Source: Candidatus Micrarchaeia archaeon
GTDB lineage: Archaea > Micrarchaeota > Micrarchaeia > Burarchaeales > Fermentimicrarchaeaceae
Assembly (NCBI GenBank): GCA_038871515.1
Contig: JAVZHX010000001.1
Span: 448,001-512,000 of the forward strand
DNA length: 64,000 nt
Direction: 5' to 3'
In this document: piece by piece, positions 26,595 through 37,014 of the stretch
Layout: each line of letters opens with the position of its first letter
How positions within the stretch are numbered: position 1 is the first letter of the stretch
Notes under the pieces: model-generated
Databases searched by the model: none
The model's input: only the letters and a program-made list of their open reading frames with translations
What the model was told of the DNA's origin: nothing
Position numbers and translations under genes: made by a program

Positions 26595-28040
26595 ATGTTG
26601 CATCAGTACGAAAAACTAGTCCTTCTCTCACTGAGAAAAGGTGAAAAAAATATTGATGAGCTTGCACGCGACACCCAGCTTGGCAGAGATTCTGTAAGCA
26701 GGGCTTGCTACTGGCTGAAGGAGAAGGGAGCAGTTGAAATTCACGAGAGAAAAGAGATAGGTTTCAAGCTTGGGGAGGAAGGAAGGAGATTTCTGCAGAA
26801 CGGCTTTCCTGAGTTTAACCTAATTAAAAAGTTAAGCGAGGGGAAGGGAATTGAGGAGTTCACTGATGAAGAAAGAAAAATAGGCTTGCCATGGGCTAAG
26901 AGGAATGGGTGGGTAGTTGTAAAAGATGGGAAGCTGCAGCTTACTGAGAATGGAAAAAAAGCTCTGAAGGAAGGGCATGCGGAGCAGGTGCTTCTTAAAA
27001 AAATCTCAGAAGGAGCAGCACTGCAGGAATCTGCCCTGAGTTTACTGCTCAAACGCGGTGATGTGCTGAGAAAAGTTGAAAGCAAGCAGATTTCCTGTGT
27101 TCTAACCGCAGAGGGAAGAAAACTTGCAGATAAAATTTCAGCTGAAAAGGTGCAGGAAGTGAATGTGCTCACAAAGGAGCAGATTGTAACTGGAAAGTGG
27201 AGGAAGCTGAAGCTGAGAGAATATGAGGTTGAAATGCCAGTTGAAAGGTATTTCCCTGGGAAGAAGCACCCGCTTGAAAGGATGAGGGAGAGGATAAGAA
27301 GAATATTTATAGAGATGGGGTTTGAGGAGATGGAGGATAGGTTGATTGAATCCTCATTCTGGAACTTTGATGCGTTATTCCAACCGCAGGATCACCCTGC
27401 AAGAGATTTGATGGATACTTTCTATCTTTCAGCACCGGAGAGAATTCCACTTCCAAAAGATGATGTTGTTGAGAGGGTGAGGAAGGTTCATGAGGAGAAG
27501 TGGAAGTATAAATGGAGCAAGGAGCTTGCGGAGCAGGCAATACTGAGAACGCATGACACGGCAATTTCTCCGCAGTATATGGTTGAAATAAGAAATGGAA
27601 AGAGGAAAGCACCTGCAAAGTTGTTTACTGTGGGGAGAGTTTACAGGAATGAGGCAACTGACTTCAAGCATTTGAGTGAGTTTCACCAGGTTGGCGGAAT
27701 TATTGTTTATGAAGATGCAACTTTCAGGGATTTGCTTGGTTTGCTGAAAGAATTCTACAACAAGCTTGGTTTTGAGAGGATACGCTTCCGGCCAAGCTAC
27801 TTCCCGTATACTGAACCGAGCGTTGAAATTGAGGTTTATTATGAGGAGAAAAATCAGTGGCTCGAGCTAGGAGGAGCAGGTGTTTTCAGGCCGGAGGTTT
27901 GTCTTCCTACATGGGGAAAATACCCTGTGCTTGCATGGGGTTTGAGTCTAGAGAGGCCGACGATGCTGATGATGGATTTGAAGGATATAAGGATGTTTTA
28001 CAAAAACGATATTTCCTGGTTGAGGGAAGCGAGGGTTTGA
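26595..28040 (+). CDS. pheS: Phenylalanine--tRNA ligase alpha subunit
   Basis: FWNFDALFQPQDHPARD..DTFY, GRVYRNEA.D..H..EFHQ, FRPSYFPYTEPS. Confidence 0.96.
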   Translation: MLHQYEKLVLLSLRKGEKNIDELARDTQLGRDSVSRACYWLKEKGAVEIHERKEIGFKLGEEGRRFLQNGFPEFNLIKKLSEGKGIEEFTDEERKIGLPWAKRNGWVVVKDGKLQLTENGKKALKEGHAEQVLLKKISEGAALQESALSLLLKRGDVLRKVESKQISCVLTAEGRKLADKISAEKVQEVNVLTKEQIVTGKWRKLKLREYEVEMPVERYFPGKKHPLERMRERIRRIFIEMGFEEMEDRLIESSFWNFDALFQPQDHPARDLMDTFYLSAPERIPLPKDDVVERVRKVHEEKWKYKWSKELAEQAILRTHDTAISPQYMVEIRNGKRKAPAKLFTVGRVYRNEATDFKHLSEFHQVGGIIVYEDATFRDLLGLLKEFYNKLGFERIRFRPSYFPYTEPSVEIEVYYEEKNQWLELGGAGVFRPEVCLPTWGKYPVLAWGLSLERPTMLMMDLKDIRMFYKNDISWLREARV

Positions 28041-28041
28041 G

Positions 28042-29661
28042 ATGGCTTCGGTTGTTTTCTCAAAGAGTGAGCTGAGGGAGCTTGTTGGGAGTAGGTTACG
28101 GCCTAGTGATATTGAGGGAATCCTTCCCTCTTTGGGAGTGCCCATAGAGAGAATTGATGGAGATGATGTGTGGGTTGATGTAACCCCCAACAGGCCAGAT
28201 TTGCTGAGCGTTGAGGGAATTGCGAGGTTGCTTTCCAGCTTTCTTGGGATACGCCAGAAAAGTTACACAGCCAGCAAATCAGAAGTTAAATTATACATTG
28301 AAGAGTCTGTTCTTCCAGTAAGGCCGTTTATTGTTGGGGCACTTGTGAAAGACGTTGTGATAAATGAAAGTTTAATAAAATCACTAATGCAGCTTCAGGA
28401 GAAAATACACGAAACATACGGGAGGAGGAGAAGGAAGGTTTCAATTGGGGTGCATAACTTTGATGCAGTTCAACCGCCTTTCTACTACAAAGCAGTTGAG
28501 CCGCGCAGCTACTCCTTTGTTCCACTTGATATGGAAGAGAAACTAAATCTAGCGCAAATTTTAGAGAAGCATCCAAAAGGAATTGAGTACGGAAACATAA
28601 TTTCAAACTACAACAAATACCCTCTTCTTGTTGACAGCAAAAACCAAGCGCTTTCCTTCCCCCCAATAATCAACGGTGAGCTGACAAGGGTTACTGAGAG
28701 AACAAGAAACATTTTCATAGATGTAACTGGAACGGATGAGAATGCTGTGATGGATGCGCTGAAGATAGTTGCCCTTTCGCTTGTTGACAGGGGAGGTAAA
28801 TTGTTTACAGTTGAAGTTGTTGGAAAGAAAAAACTCATAACCCCTGAATTGAAGGAGAAAGTTTTTGTGCTTCCAAAGGAGAGAATAAACAAAATGCTTG
28901 GGATGAATTTCAATGAAAAAGAAATGAAAAAGCTCCTTGCGAGGATGGGGTATGGAGTTGATAAAGGAAAAATTCGTGTTCCATGCTACAGAGTTGACGT
29001 GATGGATTGGGTTGACTTAGCTGAGGACGTTGCAATTGCTTACGGATACAACAACTTTGAGCCAACCCTACCAAACTTCTTCAGCATTGGCAAGGAGAAG
29101 CCACGCGAGGTGCTTGAAAGTAAACTGAGAGAGCTGATGATTGGGCTTGGTTTTCTTGAGGTTCTCTGCCAGAATTTAACAAATGAGAGGGACTGCTTTG
29201 ACAGGATGCTTGTTCAGGAGGAACCGTGCGTTAAAGTAAAGAACCCAAAGGTTAGTGAATACACGATGATGAGGTGCTGGCTTCTTCCATCGCTGCTCAA
29301 AGTTATTTCTGAAAGCAGGCAGGCCGAACTACCTATAAAAATATTTGAAATTGGAGATGTGGTAACGCTTGAAAAAGACAATGTTGTTGAAAGCAGAAGC
29401 ATTGGGTGCGTGCTGTATGATTCAAAAGCAACTTTCAGCATAATGAAATCAACTGCTGAGGCAATTTTCAGGGAGATGGGGTGGGAGGTTGAGATGAGAA
29501 GGTGCGAGCATCCTTCATTCATAAAGGGAAGAGTTGGGGAGCTAATTTACAAAAAGAAGAGGGTTGGCTTGCTTGGAGAGGTTCACCCACAGGTTCTCAA
29601 CAACTTCGAGCTTGAGCAGCCAGCAGTTGCTCTTGAAGTTAACCTTACTTCTTTCCTTTAA
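28042..29661 (+). CDS. pheT: Phenylalanine--tRNA ligase beta subunit
   Basis: PNRPDLLSVEGIAR, QLQEKIH, SFPPIIN, YRVD...DLAEDVAIAYGY, GEVHPQVL. Confidence 0.95.
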   Translation: MASVVFSKSELRELVGSRLRPSDIEGILPSLGVPIERIDGDDVWVDVTPNRPDLLSVEGIARLLSSFLGIRQKSYTASKSEVKLYIEESVLPVRPFIVGALVKDVVINESLIKSLMQLQEKIHETYGRRRRKVSIGVHNFDAVQPPFYYKAVEPRSYSFVPLDMEEKLNLAQILEKHPKGIEYGNIISNYNKYPLLVDSKNQALSFPPIINGELTRVTERTRNIFIDVTGTDENAVMDALKIVALSLVDRGGKLFTVEVVGKKKLITPELKEKVFVLPKERINKMLGMNFNEKEMKKLLARMGYGVDKGKIRVPCYRVDVMDWVDLAEDVAIAYGYNNFEPTLPNFFSIGKEKPREVLESKLRELMIGLGFLEVLCQNLTNERDCFDRMLVQEEPCVKVKNPKVSEYTMMRCWLLPSLLKVISESRQAELPIKIFEIGDVVTLEKDNVVESRSIGCVLYDSKATFSIMKSTAEAIFREMGWEVEMRRCEHPSFIKGRVGELIYKKKRVGLLGEVHPQVLNNFELEQPAVALEVNLTSFL

Positions 29662-30850
29662 CCTTCACTCCAATATACTCCATCTCCTCATCATCAAACC
29701 CAAAGTATTTTTGAATGTTCTCAGCGTTCTTTTTCTCCTTGCAGAGCAGTTTTATAACTGGGAAAAAAATGGAGATTGCATCCTTTGATGAAACATGGCA
29801 CATCCTCCCTATCTTCACTCCAATATTTGCTTTCATAGCTCTCTCTCCCCTGCTGCTTCCCAGCTTGCTTATTATTTTTGGAAACTGATATTTCACAAAC
29901 TTGTGGTAACGCTCCTTCTTAGCAAGCGCAACTCCTGCAGTTGCCAAATCGTTTGAATACCTGAGGAAACCCCAGTGCTGCCTTCTGATAATTCTCCCAT
30001 CAAAAATATCTGCTCTTGAAAGTGAATCATACGCTCTTGCAACATCACCCACGTCATCATACTCCAGCGGTATATTCTCCTCAACCCATCTGACAAACAT
30101 ATCCCTGTCATCAACATTCCAAATAGTTTCTCGTGCCTCCTCATACCCTTCTGCTTTAAGAACAGCTCTCACCAAATCAAACATTCCTTTCTCCCTATCT
30201 CTCTCTCCTATAACATCAGGTGAGCCAACTCCTCCCTCCCCAATTGCCTGCAAGTCATTTATTGCAGACCTTAAATCACCTGAGCTGTTAGATGCAATTT
30301 TTGCGATAATCTCCTCGCTGATTTTCACCCCTTCCTTCTCTGCAATTTTTTTCAGAAGCGATGCAATTGTTCTTGAGTTAACTCTTCTCATCGCAAGGTT
30401 TGTGCATGCGCTTCTCAAAGTTGCAAGGGACGGCTTCCATATGTCGTTTGCAGTTAGCATAACTGGCTGCTCCGCACCTCTTACTATCTCAAGTATAACC
30501 TTGCTTCCTCCCCTATCTGCTTTCTGAAGCCCATCAACTTCGTCAATCAAAATTAGTTTTTTTCCCCCAAACAGGTTGCTTGAAGCAGATGCCTCCCCAA
30601 TAACTCTCCTCACGCTTTCCTCGTCCCTCAAATCGCTCGCATTCATCTCAACAACAGGCCAGCCCATTGAGGAAGCCAGCACGTATGCAAGCGTGCTTTT
30701 GCCAACTCCCGCGGGTCCATGAAGCAGTATCGCTTTGCCCTTCCTCCCTCTCTCCCAATCAAACGCCCACTTCTTAACCTCCTCCACAATTTCAGAGTTT
30801 CCTGCGAACTGCTCAAGCGTTTTTGGGCGGTGCTTGTCACACCAAAGCAT
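29645..30850 (-). CDS. rfcL: Replication factor C large subunit
   Basis: W.DKHRPKTL, GPAGVGKST, EMNASDLR, ILIDEVDG, GDLRSAINDLQ, LSRADIF. Confidence 0.93.
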   Translation of the reverse strand: MLWCDKHRPKTLEQFAGNSEIVEEVKKWAFDWERGRKGKAILLHGPAGVGKSTLAYVLASSMGWPVVEMNASDLRDEESVRRVIGEASASSNLFGGKKLILIDEVDGLQKADRGGSKVILEIVRGAEQPVMLTANDIWKPSLATLRSACTNLAMRRVNSRTIASLLKKIAEKEGVKISEEIIAKIASNSSGDLRSAINDLQAIGEGGVGSPDVIGERDREKGMFDLVRAVLKAEGYEEARETIWNVDDRDMFVRWVEENIPLEYDDVGDVARAYDSLSRADIFDGRIIRRQHWGFLRYSNDLATAGVALAKKERYHKFVKYQFPKIISKLGSSRGERAMKANIGVKIGRMCHVSSKDAISIFFPVIKLLCKEKKNAENIQKYFGFDDEEMEYIGVKVKGKK

Positions 30851-30884
30851 AGAATAATTAAACTTGGATGGTTATTATATTCCT

Positions 30885-32054
30885 ATGCTCATAGGAGTTG
30901 TTGGGAAGACAAACACGGGCAAATCAACTTTTTTCTCAGCTGCAACTCTTGTTGATGCAAAAATTGCGCCTTTTCCTTTCACAACAATAAACCCAAATGT
31001 TGGGAAAGCATATGTCAGGGCTGCGTGCCCGTGCAAAGAGCTTAATGTGAAATGCAACCCAAGAAACTCACTCTGCGAGAATGGGGTGCGTCTGATACCA
31101 ATTGACTTAATAGACGTTGCTGGGCTTGTGCCAGACGCCCATCTTGGGAAGGGACTTGGTTTGAAGTTTCTTGATGATTTACGGAGTGCAGATGCGCTTA
31201 TCCAGGTTGTTGATGCATCTGGAACAACTGATGCAGAGGGGAAGCAGTGTGATTTTTATGACCCTGCAAACGAAGTTGTTTTCCTTGAAGAGGAGATGAG
31301 CCACTGGATAGCCGGAATAATAAAAAGGAGCTGGAGCAGGATAAAAGGAAAAAACATTGATTCCCTTGCAGGACTTCTTTCTGGTTTGAAGGTGACGCAG
31401 GAAGAAGTTGAGAAAGCCGCTTCCCAACTCTTTCTTGCAAAGGAGAATATAAACTGGAGTGATGAGGATATACTTGCATTTGCAAGAGAAGTTAGAAAAA
31501 TTTCAAAGCCAATCATTATAGCTGCAAACAAGATTGATTTGCCAAACGCAGATGAAAACTACAGGAAGCTCAGGGAGCGCTTTAAGGATAAGATAATTGC
31601 GCCAACGTGTGCTGAGGCTGAGCTTGCGCTCAGAAAGGCAGCAAAGCAAGGGGTTATTCAATACGTGCCAGGTGACAGCAACTTCAAAGTAATCTCGCAA
31701 AACCTGCAGGAGAAGCAGCTTTCTGCTTTGGAGTTCATAAGGGAGAGAGTGCTTCTGAAATACGGGGGAAGTGGGGTGCAGGAATTGATAAACAAGGCTG
31801 CTTTTGAGCTGCTGAAATTGATTGTTGTCTACCCAGTTGAGGATGAGAATAAATTTTCAGATCATTTTGGGAATGTGCTTCCAGACGCAATTCTCATGAA
31901 ACAGGGTTCAACCGCATTTGATTTGGCTGCAAAAATACACACGGAGCTTGCTGATAAATTTGTATGCGCTGTTAATGCAAGAACTAAGATGAGGGTGGGA
32001 AGGGAATACGTGCTGAAAAACAATGATGTGATTAGAGTTGTTGCATCTAGATAA
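30885..32054 (+). CDS. ychF: YchF/OBG-family translation-associated ATPase (archaeal type)
   Basis: GVVGKTNTGKST, PFTTINPN, DVAGLVPDAH.G.GLG, ANKID, C-terminal TGS domain. Confidence 0.92.
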   Translation: MLIGVVGKTNTGKSTFFSAATLVDAKIAPFPFTTINPNVGKAYVRAACPCKELNVKCNPRNSLCENGVRLIPIDLIDVAGLVPDAHLGKGLGLKFLDDLRSADALIQVVDASGTTDAEGKQCDFYDPANEVVFLEEEMSHWIAGIIKRSWSRIKGKNIDSLAGLLSGLKVTQEEVEKAASQLFLAKENINWSDEDILAFAREVRKISKPIIIAANKIDLPNADENYRKLRERFKDKIIAPTCAEAELALRKAAKQGVIQYVPGDSNFKVISQNLQEKQLSALEFIRERVLLKYGGSGVQELINKAAFELLKLIVVYPVEDENKFSDHFGNVLPDAILMKQGSTAFDLAAKIHTELADKFVCAVNARTKMRVGREYVLKNNDVIRVVASR

Positions 32055-32096
32055 GTTTAAATACTCAACCCCACCACTTCTTTTATAGGTGGTCGT

Positions 32097-32417
32097 ATGC
32101 CAGCGAAAGCTAAAAAAGTTGAAAAAAGCGAGAAGAAGGATGGGTTGATATACATTTTAATATACTTCTTCCCTTGGTTAACTGGCTTGATTTTCTACCT
32201 GGTGGAGAAGGAGGATAAGAAAATAAGGTTCCATGCAATGCAGTCAATACTTCTTGGGATTGTAATCTGGCTGTGCTGGCTTTTCTTCTTCCTAATAGTG
32301 ACGCCATTTATCGGAATACTGCTTTGGCTCTATGGCTTATACGTGGGTTACAAGGAATCTCAGGGGGAAACAATCAGAATACCTTACCTTGCAGAGTTTG
32401 CGGACAAATACGTTTAA
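32097..32417 (+). CDS. DUF4870-like small membrane protein
   Basis: GLIFYLVEKEDKKIRFHAMQSI and the RIPYL tail. Confidence 0.75.
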   Translation: MPAKAKKVEKSEKKDGLIYILIYFFPWLTGLIFYLVEKEDKKIRFHAMQSILLGIVIWLCWLFFFLIVTPFIGILLWLYGLYVGYKESQGETIRIPYLAEFADKYV

Positions 32418-33487
32418 TTTTTTATTTTTATCAACCTCGTCCTACCTTTCCCTACTTTGCTTTTCATCTCCTCCGCAGTCAGAAAACCCAACTCACATAA
32501 TCTGTTCACATAATTCCTTATGCTCCTATCAGTTTCATCTTTAAATTTTTCATAAAGCTCTTTGCTTGTCACCTCTCCCCTCTCTTTAACAAACTCATAG
32601 ATTTCCTTCTCCTTTCCGCTGAGCTTCTTCCCTTCCTCATCTCCAACTTCCTCAAACGCTTTTCTCACGTGCTCCTCCCTTACCTTCTCAGCATTCTCCC
32701 TCTCTGCAATTTTACCTGCTTTCCAAAGTAGATTTATTGCAAGTCTCGCATCCCCGTTATTTTTCGCAGCTCTTGCAGCGCAGAGAGGTATAACCTCCTC
32801 AGAAAGAGTTTCTGGGTAAAAAGCAAGCTTTGCCCTGCTTTTCAAAATATCTTTCAACTCAATTGGAGAGTACTGCTTGAAGAGAAGCTGTTTTTGAACA
32901 AGGGAGCTTTTTATTCTCTGGTCAAGCTTAACCAAAAACTCGCTGCTGTTCGTTATAGCAACAACGCCAAAGTTAACTGAGAAAAGCTCCTTCCCCCTTG
33001 CCAAATCATACAAAACCTTCTCCTCATCATACTGAGTTGCAAACAACCTGTCAACTTCATCAAGCGCAATCACAGGAGTTTTTTTCTCCTTTTTCAAAAC
33101 TTCTGCAATTCTGTCAATTATCTCATCTGTTGAAATCCCTCTTCTTGGAAGAAACTCACCAAGTGACTGAGCAATGTTGCTTAGTATTGAGTGCCTTGTG
33201 CTGAACTCCCAGCAGTTTATATAAATTGGGATAACTCTTTGTGAGTACTCCTGAAGCTGTTTGAAAACATATTTCACAGAAGAGGTTTTGCCCGTCCCGC
33301 TGCTTCCAGTAATCAGCATATTTTCAACTCTCTTTCCTTCAGCAGCCCCTTTCAGAGAAAAAGCAATCTCCTTTATCTGCTCCTCCCTATGCGGCATCAC
33401 CTCTGGCAGGTAATCGGGCATAAGCGCTCTTTCATCTTTGAATATCTCTTTTTCAGCAGAAATTCTCCTGAAAATATTTTCAGCCAT
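32414..33487 (-). CDS. cdc6: Orc1/Cdc6 replication initiator family protein
   Basis: L.PDYLP...PHREEQI, GSSGTGKT, YINC, LDEVD, RIKS, GDAR.AI; short wHTH. Confidence 0.9.
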   Translation of the reverse strand: MAENIFRRISAEKEIFKDERALMPDYLPEVMPHREEQIKEIAFSLKGAAEGKRVENMLITGSSGTGKTSSVKYVFKQLQEYSQRVIPIYINCWEFSTRHSILSNIAQSLGEFLPRRGISTDEIIDRIAEVLKKEKKTPVIALDEVDRLFATQYDEEKVLYDLARGKELFSVNFGVVAITNSSEFLVKLDQRIKSSLVQKQLLFKQYSPIELKDILKSRAKLAFYPETLSEEVIPLCAARAAKNNGDARLAINLLWKAGKIAERENAEKVREEHVRKAFEEVGDEEGKKLSGKEKEIYEFVKERGEVTSKELYEKFKDETDRSIRNYVNRLCELGFLTAEEMKSKVGKGRTRLIKIKN

Positions 33488-33635
33488 AATACGCGTGTAT
33501 TAGTTTTTTGTAGTTAAAAACATTTTGTTTGAATTCTTATCATCTCGCAGAAGTAGTTTTACTGTTTCAGCTATTACATAATTTACGGAGGAAGTGAATT
33601 TAATTACTTTCCCTTCTTAATACATACGGAGGCAT

Positions 33636-34865
33636 ATGTTCATAGCAGACTTTCACATCCATTCCAAATACTCACGTGCAACAAGCTCAAATATGGATGT
33701 GGAAAGCATAGCAAAGTTTGCAAAGTTAAAAGGAATTTCACTGGTTGGAACTGGGGACTTCACCCACCCCCTCTGGCTAGAGGAGTTGAAGAGGAAGCTG
33801 AAACCAGTTGGGAATGGACTTTTTGATTACGACGGGGTTCTCTTCATGCTTACTGGAGAAGTAAGCAATGTGTTCAGAAGAAATGGGAAGCTGAAGCAGA
33901 TTCACAACATACTTTTTGCTCCTTCTTTTGAAGTTGTTGAGCAGATAAATGAACAGCTTGAAAAGAGGGGAGATTTGAAAGCAGATGGAAGGCCATCGCT
34001 TGATATGAGCGCTGCTGAGCTTGTTGAAGTTGTGAGGGGCGTTTCAAGCGAATGCATGATTATACCTGCTCATGCATGGACTCCTTGGCGTTCCATCTTT
34101 GGCTCCTCCTCTGGTTTCAACTCAGTTGAGGAGTGCTTTGAGGAGCAGAGCAAATATATATTTGCTTTGGAAACCGGTTTAAGCAGCGACCCAAAAATGA
34201 ACTGGATGCTCAGCTCTCTTGATAGATACACTCTAATCTCAAACTCAGATAGCCACTCCCCGCAGAAAATAGGGAGGGAAGCCAATGTATTTTCATTTAA
34301 GGAAGCCAGCTACTCTGAAATAATTGATGCGGTGAGAAGGAAAGATAAAAATAAGTTTGTAATGACTGTTGAGTTCTTCCCGGAGGAGGGAAAATACCAT
34401 TATGATGGGCATAGAGCTTGCAACGTTCGTCTTCCACCCGAGGAGAGCATCAAGAGAAATAACACCTGCCCTGTTTGCAAAAGAAAACTGACAATTGGAG
34501 TGATGCACAGAGTTGCCGAGCTTGCTGACAGAAAATACTGCTACACCCCAGAGAATGCAATTCCGTTTGTGCATGCAATACCACTGGATGAGCTGATTGC
34601 AAGCGTTAGAGGAAAACATGCAACTACGCAATCTGTGCAGAAGGAATATTTCTCCATACTTGCCTCTGCTGGGACTGAATTTCACATACTGCTTGAAGCA
34701 TCGTATGAGGAGCTTGCAGAAAAAATACCAAAAGAGATAGCAGACGCTGTGATGAAGGTGAGAAGGGGAGAAGTTGAGATACTCCCTGGTTACGATGGAG
34801 TTTATGGTGAAATAAAACCAATTGCAACAAAAGGAGGGCAGAGCAATCTTTCAAAGTTTTTCTGA
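33636..34865 (+). CDS. Endonuclease Q family PHP protein
   Basis: ADFHIHSKYSRATS, GTGDFTHP, PAHAWTPW, ETGLSSD, NSDSHS, GKYH.DGHRAC, CPVC, PGYDGVYG. Confidence 0.9.
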   Translation: MFIADFHIHSKYSRATSSNMDVESIAKFAKLKGISLVGTGDFTHPLWLEELKRKLKPVGNGLFDYDGVLFMLTGEVSNVFRRNGKLKQIHNILFAPSFEVVEQINEQLEKRGDLKADGRPSLDMSAAELVEVVRGVSSECMIIPAHAWTPWRSIFGSSSGFNSVEECFEEQSKYIFALETGLSSDPKMNWMLSSLDRYTLISNSDSHSPQKIGREANVFSFKEASYSEIIDAVRRKDKNKFVMTVEFFPEEGKYHYDGHRACNVRLPPEESIKRNNTCPVCKRKLTIGVMHRVAELADRKYCYTPENAIPFVHAIPLDELIASVRGKHATTQSVQKEYFSILASAGTEFHILLEASYEELAEKIPKEIADAVMKVRRGEVEILPGYDGVYGEIKPIATKGGQSNLSKFF

Positions 34866-34899
34866 AACAATTATTAATGTCAAACTTCAAAACCCAATT

Positions 34900-35910
34900 A
34901 TGAAGGAGGCAATGCTTTACGAGAAGTTAGATGGGAAAAGGGTGAAGTGCAAGCTGTGCTCGCGCAGGTGTCTTATACTTGATGGGAAAAGAGGGTTCTG
35001 CGGAGTGAGGGAGAATAGAGGAGGAGTTCTGTATTCGCTGGTTTATGGAAAGTGCGCTTCTTGGGCGATTGATAAAATTGAAAAGAAACCATTCTACCAC
35101 TTCTTCCCAGGCACGGATTCATTTTCTTTTGCAACAGTTGGTTGCAACTTCAGGTGCCTGCACTGCCAGAACTGGGAGATAAGCCAAGCAAACGAGATAT
35201 TTGGGGAGGAGCTGCTACCCCAGCAGATTGTCCAGCTTGCAAAAAGATACAGGTGCCAGGGAATTGCGTACACGTATACTGAGCCGACTGTTTTTTTTGA
35301 GTATGCGTATGACACCGCGGAGCTTGCAAGAAAGGAGGGGTTGTATAATGTTTTTGTGACAAATGGTTACATGACACCAGAAACAATTAAGGAAATGAAA
35401 AACATAGATGCAAGCAGAATAGACTTAAAATCAATCAACGACAAGTTTTACAGAGAGGTATGCAGCGCAACAGTTGAGCCAGTGTTGAACTCAATCGAAC
35501 TGCTTCACAAAAAGGGGCATATTGAAATTATAAATTTGATAATACCAACAAAAAACGATTCAGAGGAAGATTTGAGGGAGTTGTCAAAGTGGGTTGCGGA
35601 GCTTGATAAAGATATACCACTGCACTTCACCGCTTTCTACCCAGCAAATAAGATGCTTGATGTTCCGCCAACTCCTTTGAAAACTCTTGAAAAAGCAAGA
35701 AAGATTGCAATGGAGGAAGGGGTGAGGTATGTTTATACAGGTAACGTCCCTGGGCATGAGGGGGAGAACACCTACTGCTACAACTGCGGGGAGCTTCTCA
35801 TACAACGCTATGGCTTCAGCATACTGAAATACAATATAACAAGTGATAAAAAATGCCCAAAGTGTGGAAAGAGCATAAAAATAATCACTGAGCTTGCAAA
35901 AAGTATTTAA
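34900..35910 (+). CDS. amrS: AmmeMemoRadiSam system radical SAM enzyme
   Basis: CKLCSRRC...GFCGVR, IEKKPFYHF.PG, CNFRCLHCQNWEISQ, YVYTGNVPG...NTYC. Confidence 0.9.
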   Translation: MKEAMLYEKLDGKRVKCKLCSRRCLILDGKRGFCGVRENRGGVLYSLVYGKCASWAIDKIEKKPFYHFFPGTDSFSFATVGCNFRCLHCQNWEISQANEIFGEELLPQQIVQLAKRYRCQGIAYTYTEPTVFFEYAYDTAELARKEGLYNVFVTNGYMTPETIKEMKNIDASRIDLKSINDKFYREVCSATVEPVLNSIELLHKKGHIEIINLIIPTKNDSEEDLRELSKWVAELDKDIPLHFTAFYPANKMLDVPPTPLKTLEKARKIAMEEGVRYVYTGNVPGHEGENTYCYNCGELLIQRYGFSILKYNITSDKKCPKCGKSIKIITELAKSI

Positions 35911-35942
35911 CTTTACTAACTCAATAGAATGCGGGTAGTGAA

Positions 35943-37004
35943 ATGAAAGGTTTGGATGAGCTTCTGGAGATGTTTAAAAGCAAGAAGAAGCTTGAGCTTG
36001 GAGAAGTTGCAAAAGTTTTAAACCTTCCGGAAAGCTCAGCTCTGTTCTGGGCTAGAACGCTGAAGCAGGATGGAATACTGGATATTGTGCAGGAGAGCGG
36101 AAAGACGTTTCTTATCCTTGCAAAGGAGAAACCTGAGGAGAAGGAGCTGGAAGCGCCAACCGAAACAATACCCGCAAGCAAGCTTTCCAAGTTAATTGAG
36201 GAGTATGCTGAGAAAGTTGAAGAGATGAAGAAGAAGAGCGCGGAGATTAAAAAATTGGAGAAGGAGCATGCAGATGTAGTGTACAAGAGTTATGTGCCAC
36301 TTGAGAGGAAGTTTGAGGTTGAGCTGCACATGATGGCTGAGCAGCTTGCAGATAAGGAAGCAAAAATAAAGGAGCTTGACAGCAGAGTAAAAGAAGTTCC
36401 AAAGAGAATAACAATGATAGAATCGCAGGCGCAGAAGCTTGAGAGAATAGAGTCATATATCCGATTTAGCTTGGAGAAATCAAGAGCCAGAATAGATAAA
36501 GAAGTTGATAGAATAGAGGAGATACGCTCCCTTGTTGAGCGCTATACAAGTGAAGTGAATAGAAGAATAGACGATCAGGTTGTGAGCATAAGGAATGTTC
36601 AGAAGGAGCTTGCCAAACTGAAAAAAATGGAGGATTGGATATACCTGCAACAGGATATGCTTGAGAGGAATATGAAGGAATACTCGGAGATGAGGAAGCG
36701 CAGTTTAGCTGAGCTTGAGGAGCTTAGGGATGTGATGCGCGCCGGGTTTGTGAAAAGGTATGAGAAGGAGCTCAGGATGCTGAAGGAGAAGCATCTTGCG
36801 GAGATAGAGGAGATAAAAAAGAGGGAGAAGGAATACCAGCAGAGAATAGAGGAGCAGAGGAAGGAGCTTGCCAAGCTTACTGAGGAAGCAGAGAGAATTC
36901 TGAACACGTTTGAGCAGATTTCAAAGAAAAAAATTAAGGTGGAGAAGGAGGAGAAGCCGTTTATAGGTGAGATTGAGAAAGTTTCTCCTGCTGGAATAGA
37001 GTGA
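35943..37004 (+). CDS. wHTH plus long coiled-coil protein
   Basis: [12 protein letters not shown]......WARTL...GI N-terminus followed by about 270 aa of E/K-rich heptads. Confidence 0.7.
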   Translation: MKGLDELLEMFKSKKKLELGEVAKVLNLPESSALFWARTLKQDGILDIVQESGKTFLILAKEKPEEKELEAPTETIPASKLSKLIEEYAEKVEEMKKKSAEIKKLEKEHADVVYKSYVPLERKFEVELHMMAEQLADKEAKIKELDSRVKEVPKRITMIESQAQKLERIESYIRFSLEKSRARIDKEVDRIEEIRSLVERYTSEVNRRIDDQVVSIRNVQKELAKLKKMEDWIYLQQDMLERNMKEYSEMRKRSLAELEELRDVMRAGFVKRYEKELRMLKEKHLAEIEEIKKREKEYQQRIEEQRKELAKLTEEAERILNTFEQISKKKIKVEKEEKPFIGEIEKVSPAGIE

Positions 37005-37014
37005 GGTGTTTTGT

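Noticed and set aside
33488..33635. Replication origin next to cdc6
   Set aside because: AT-rich but short, with no recognisable repeated ORB (TTCCAGTGGAAAC-like) boxes or G-strings.
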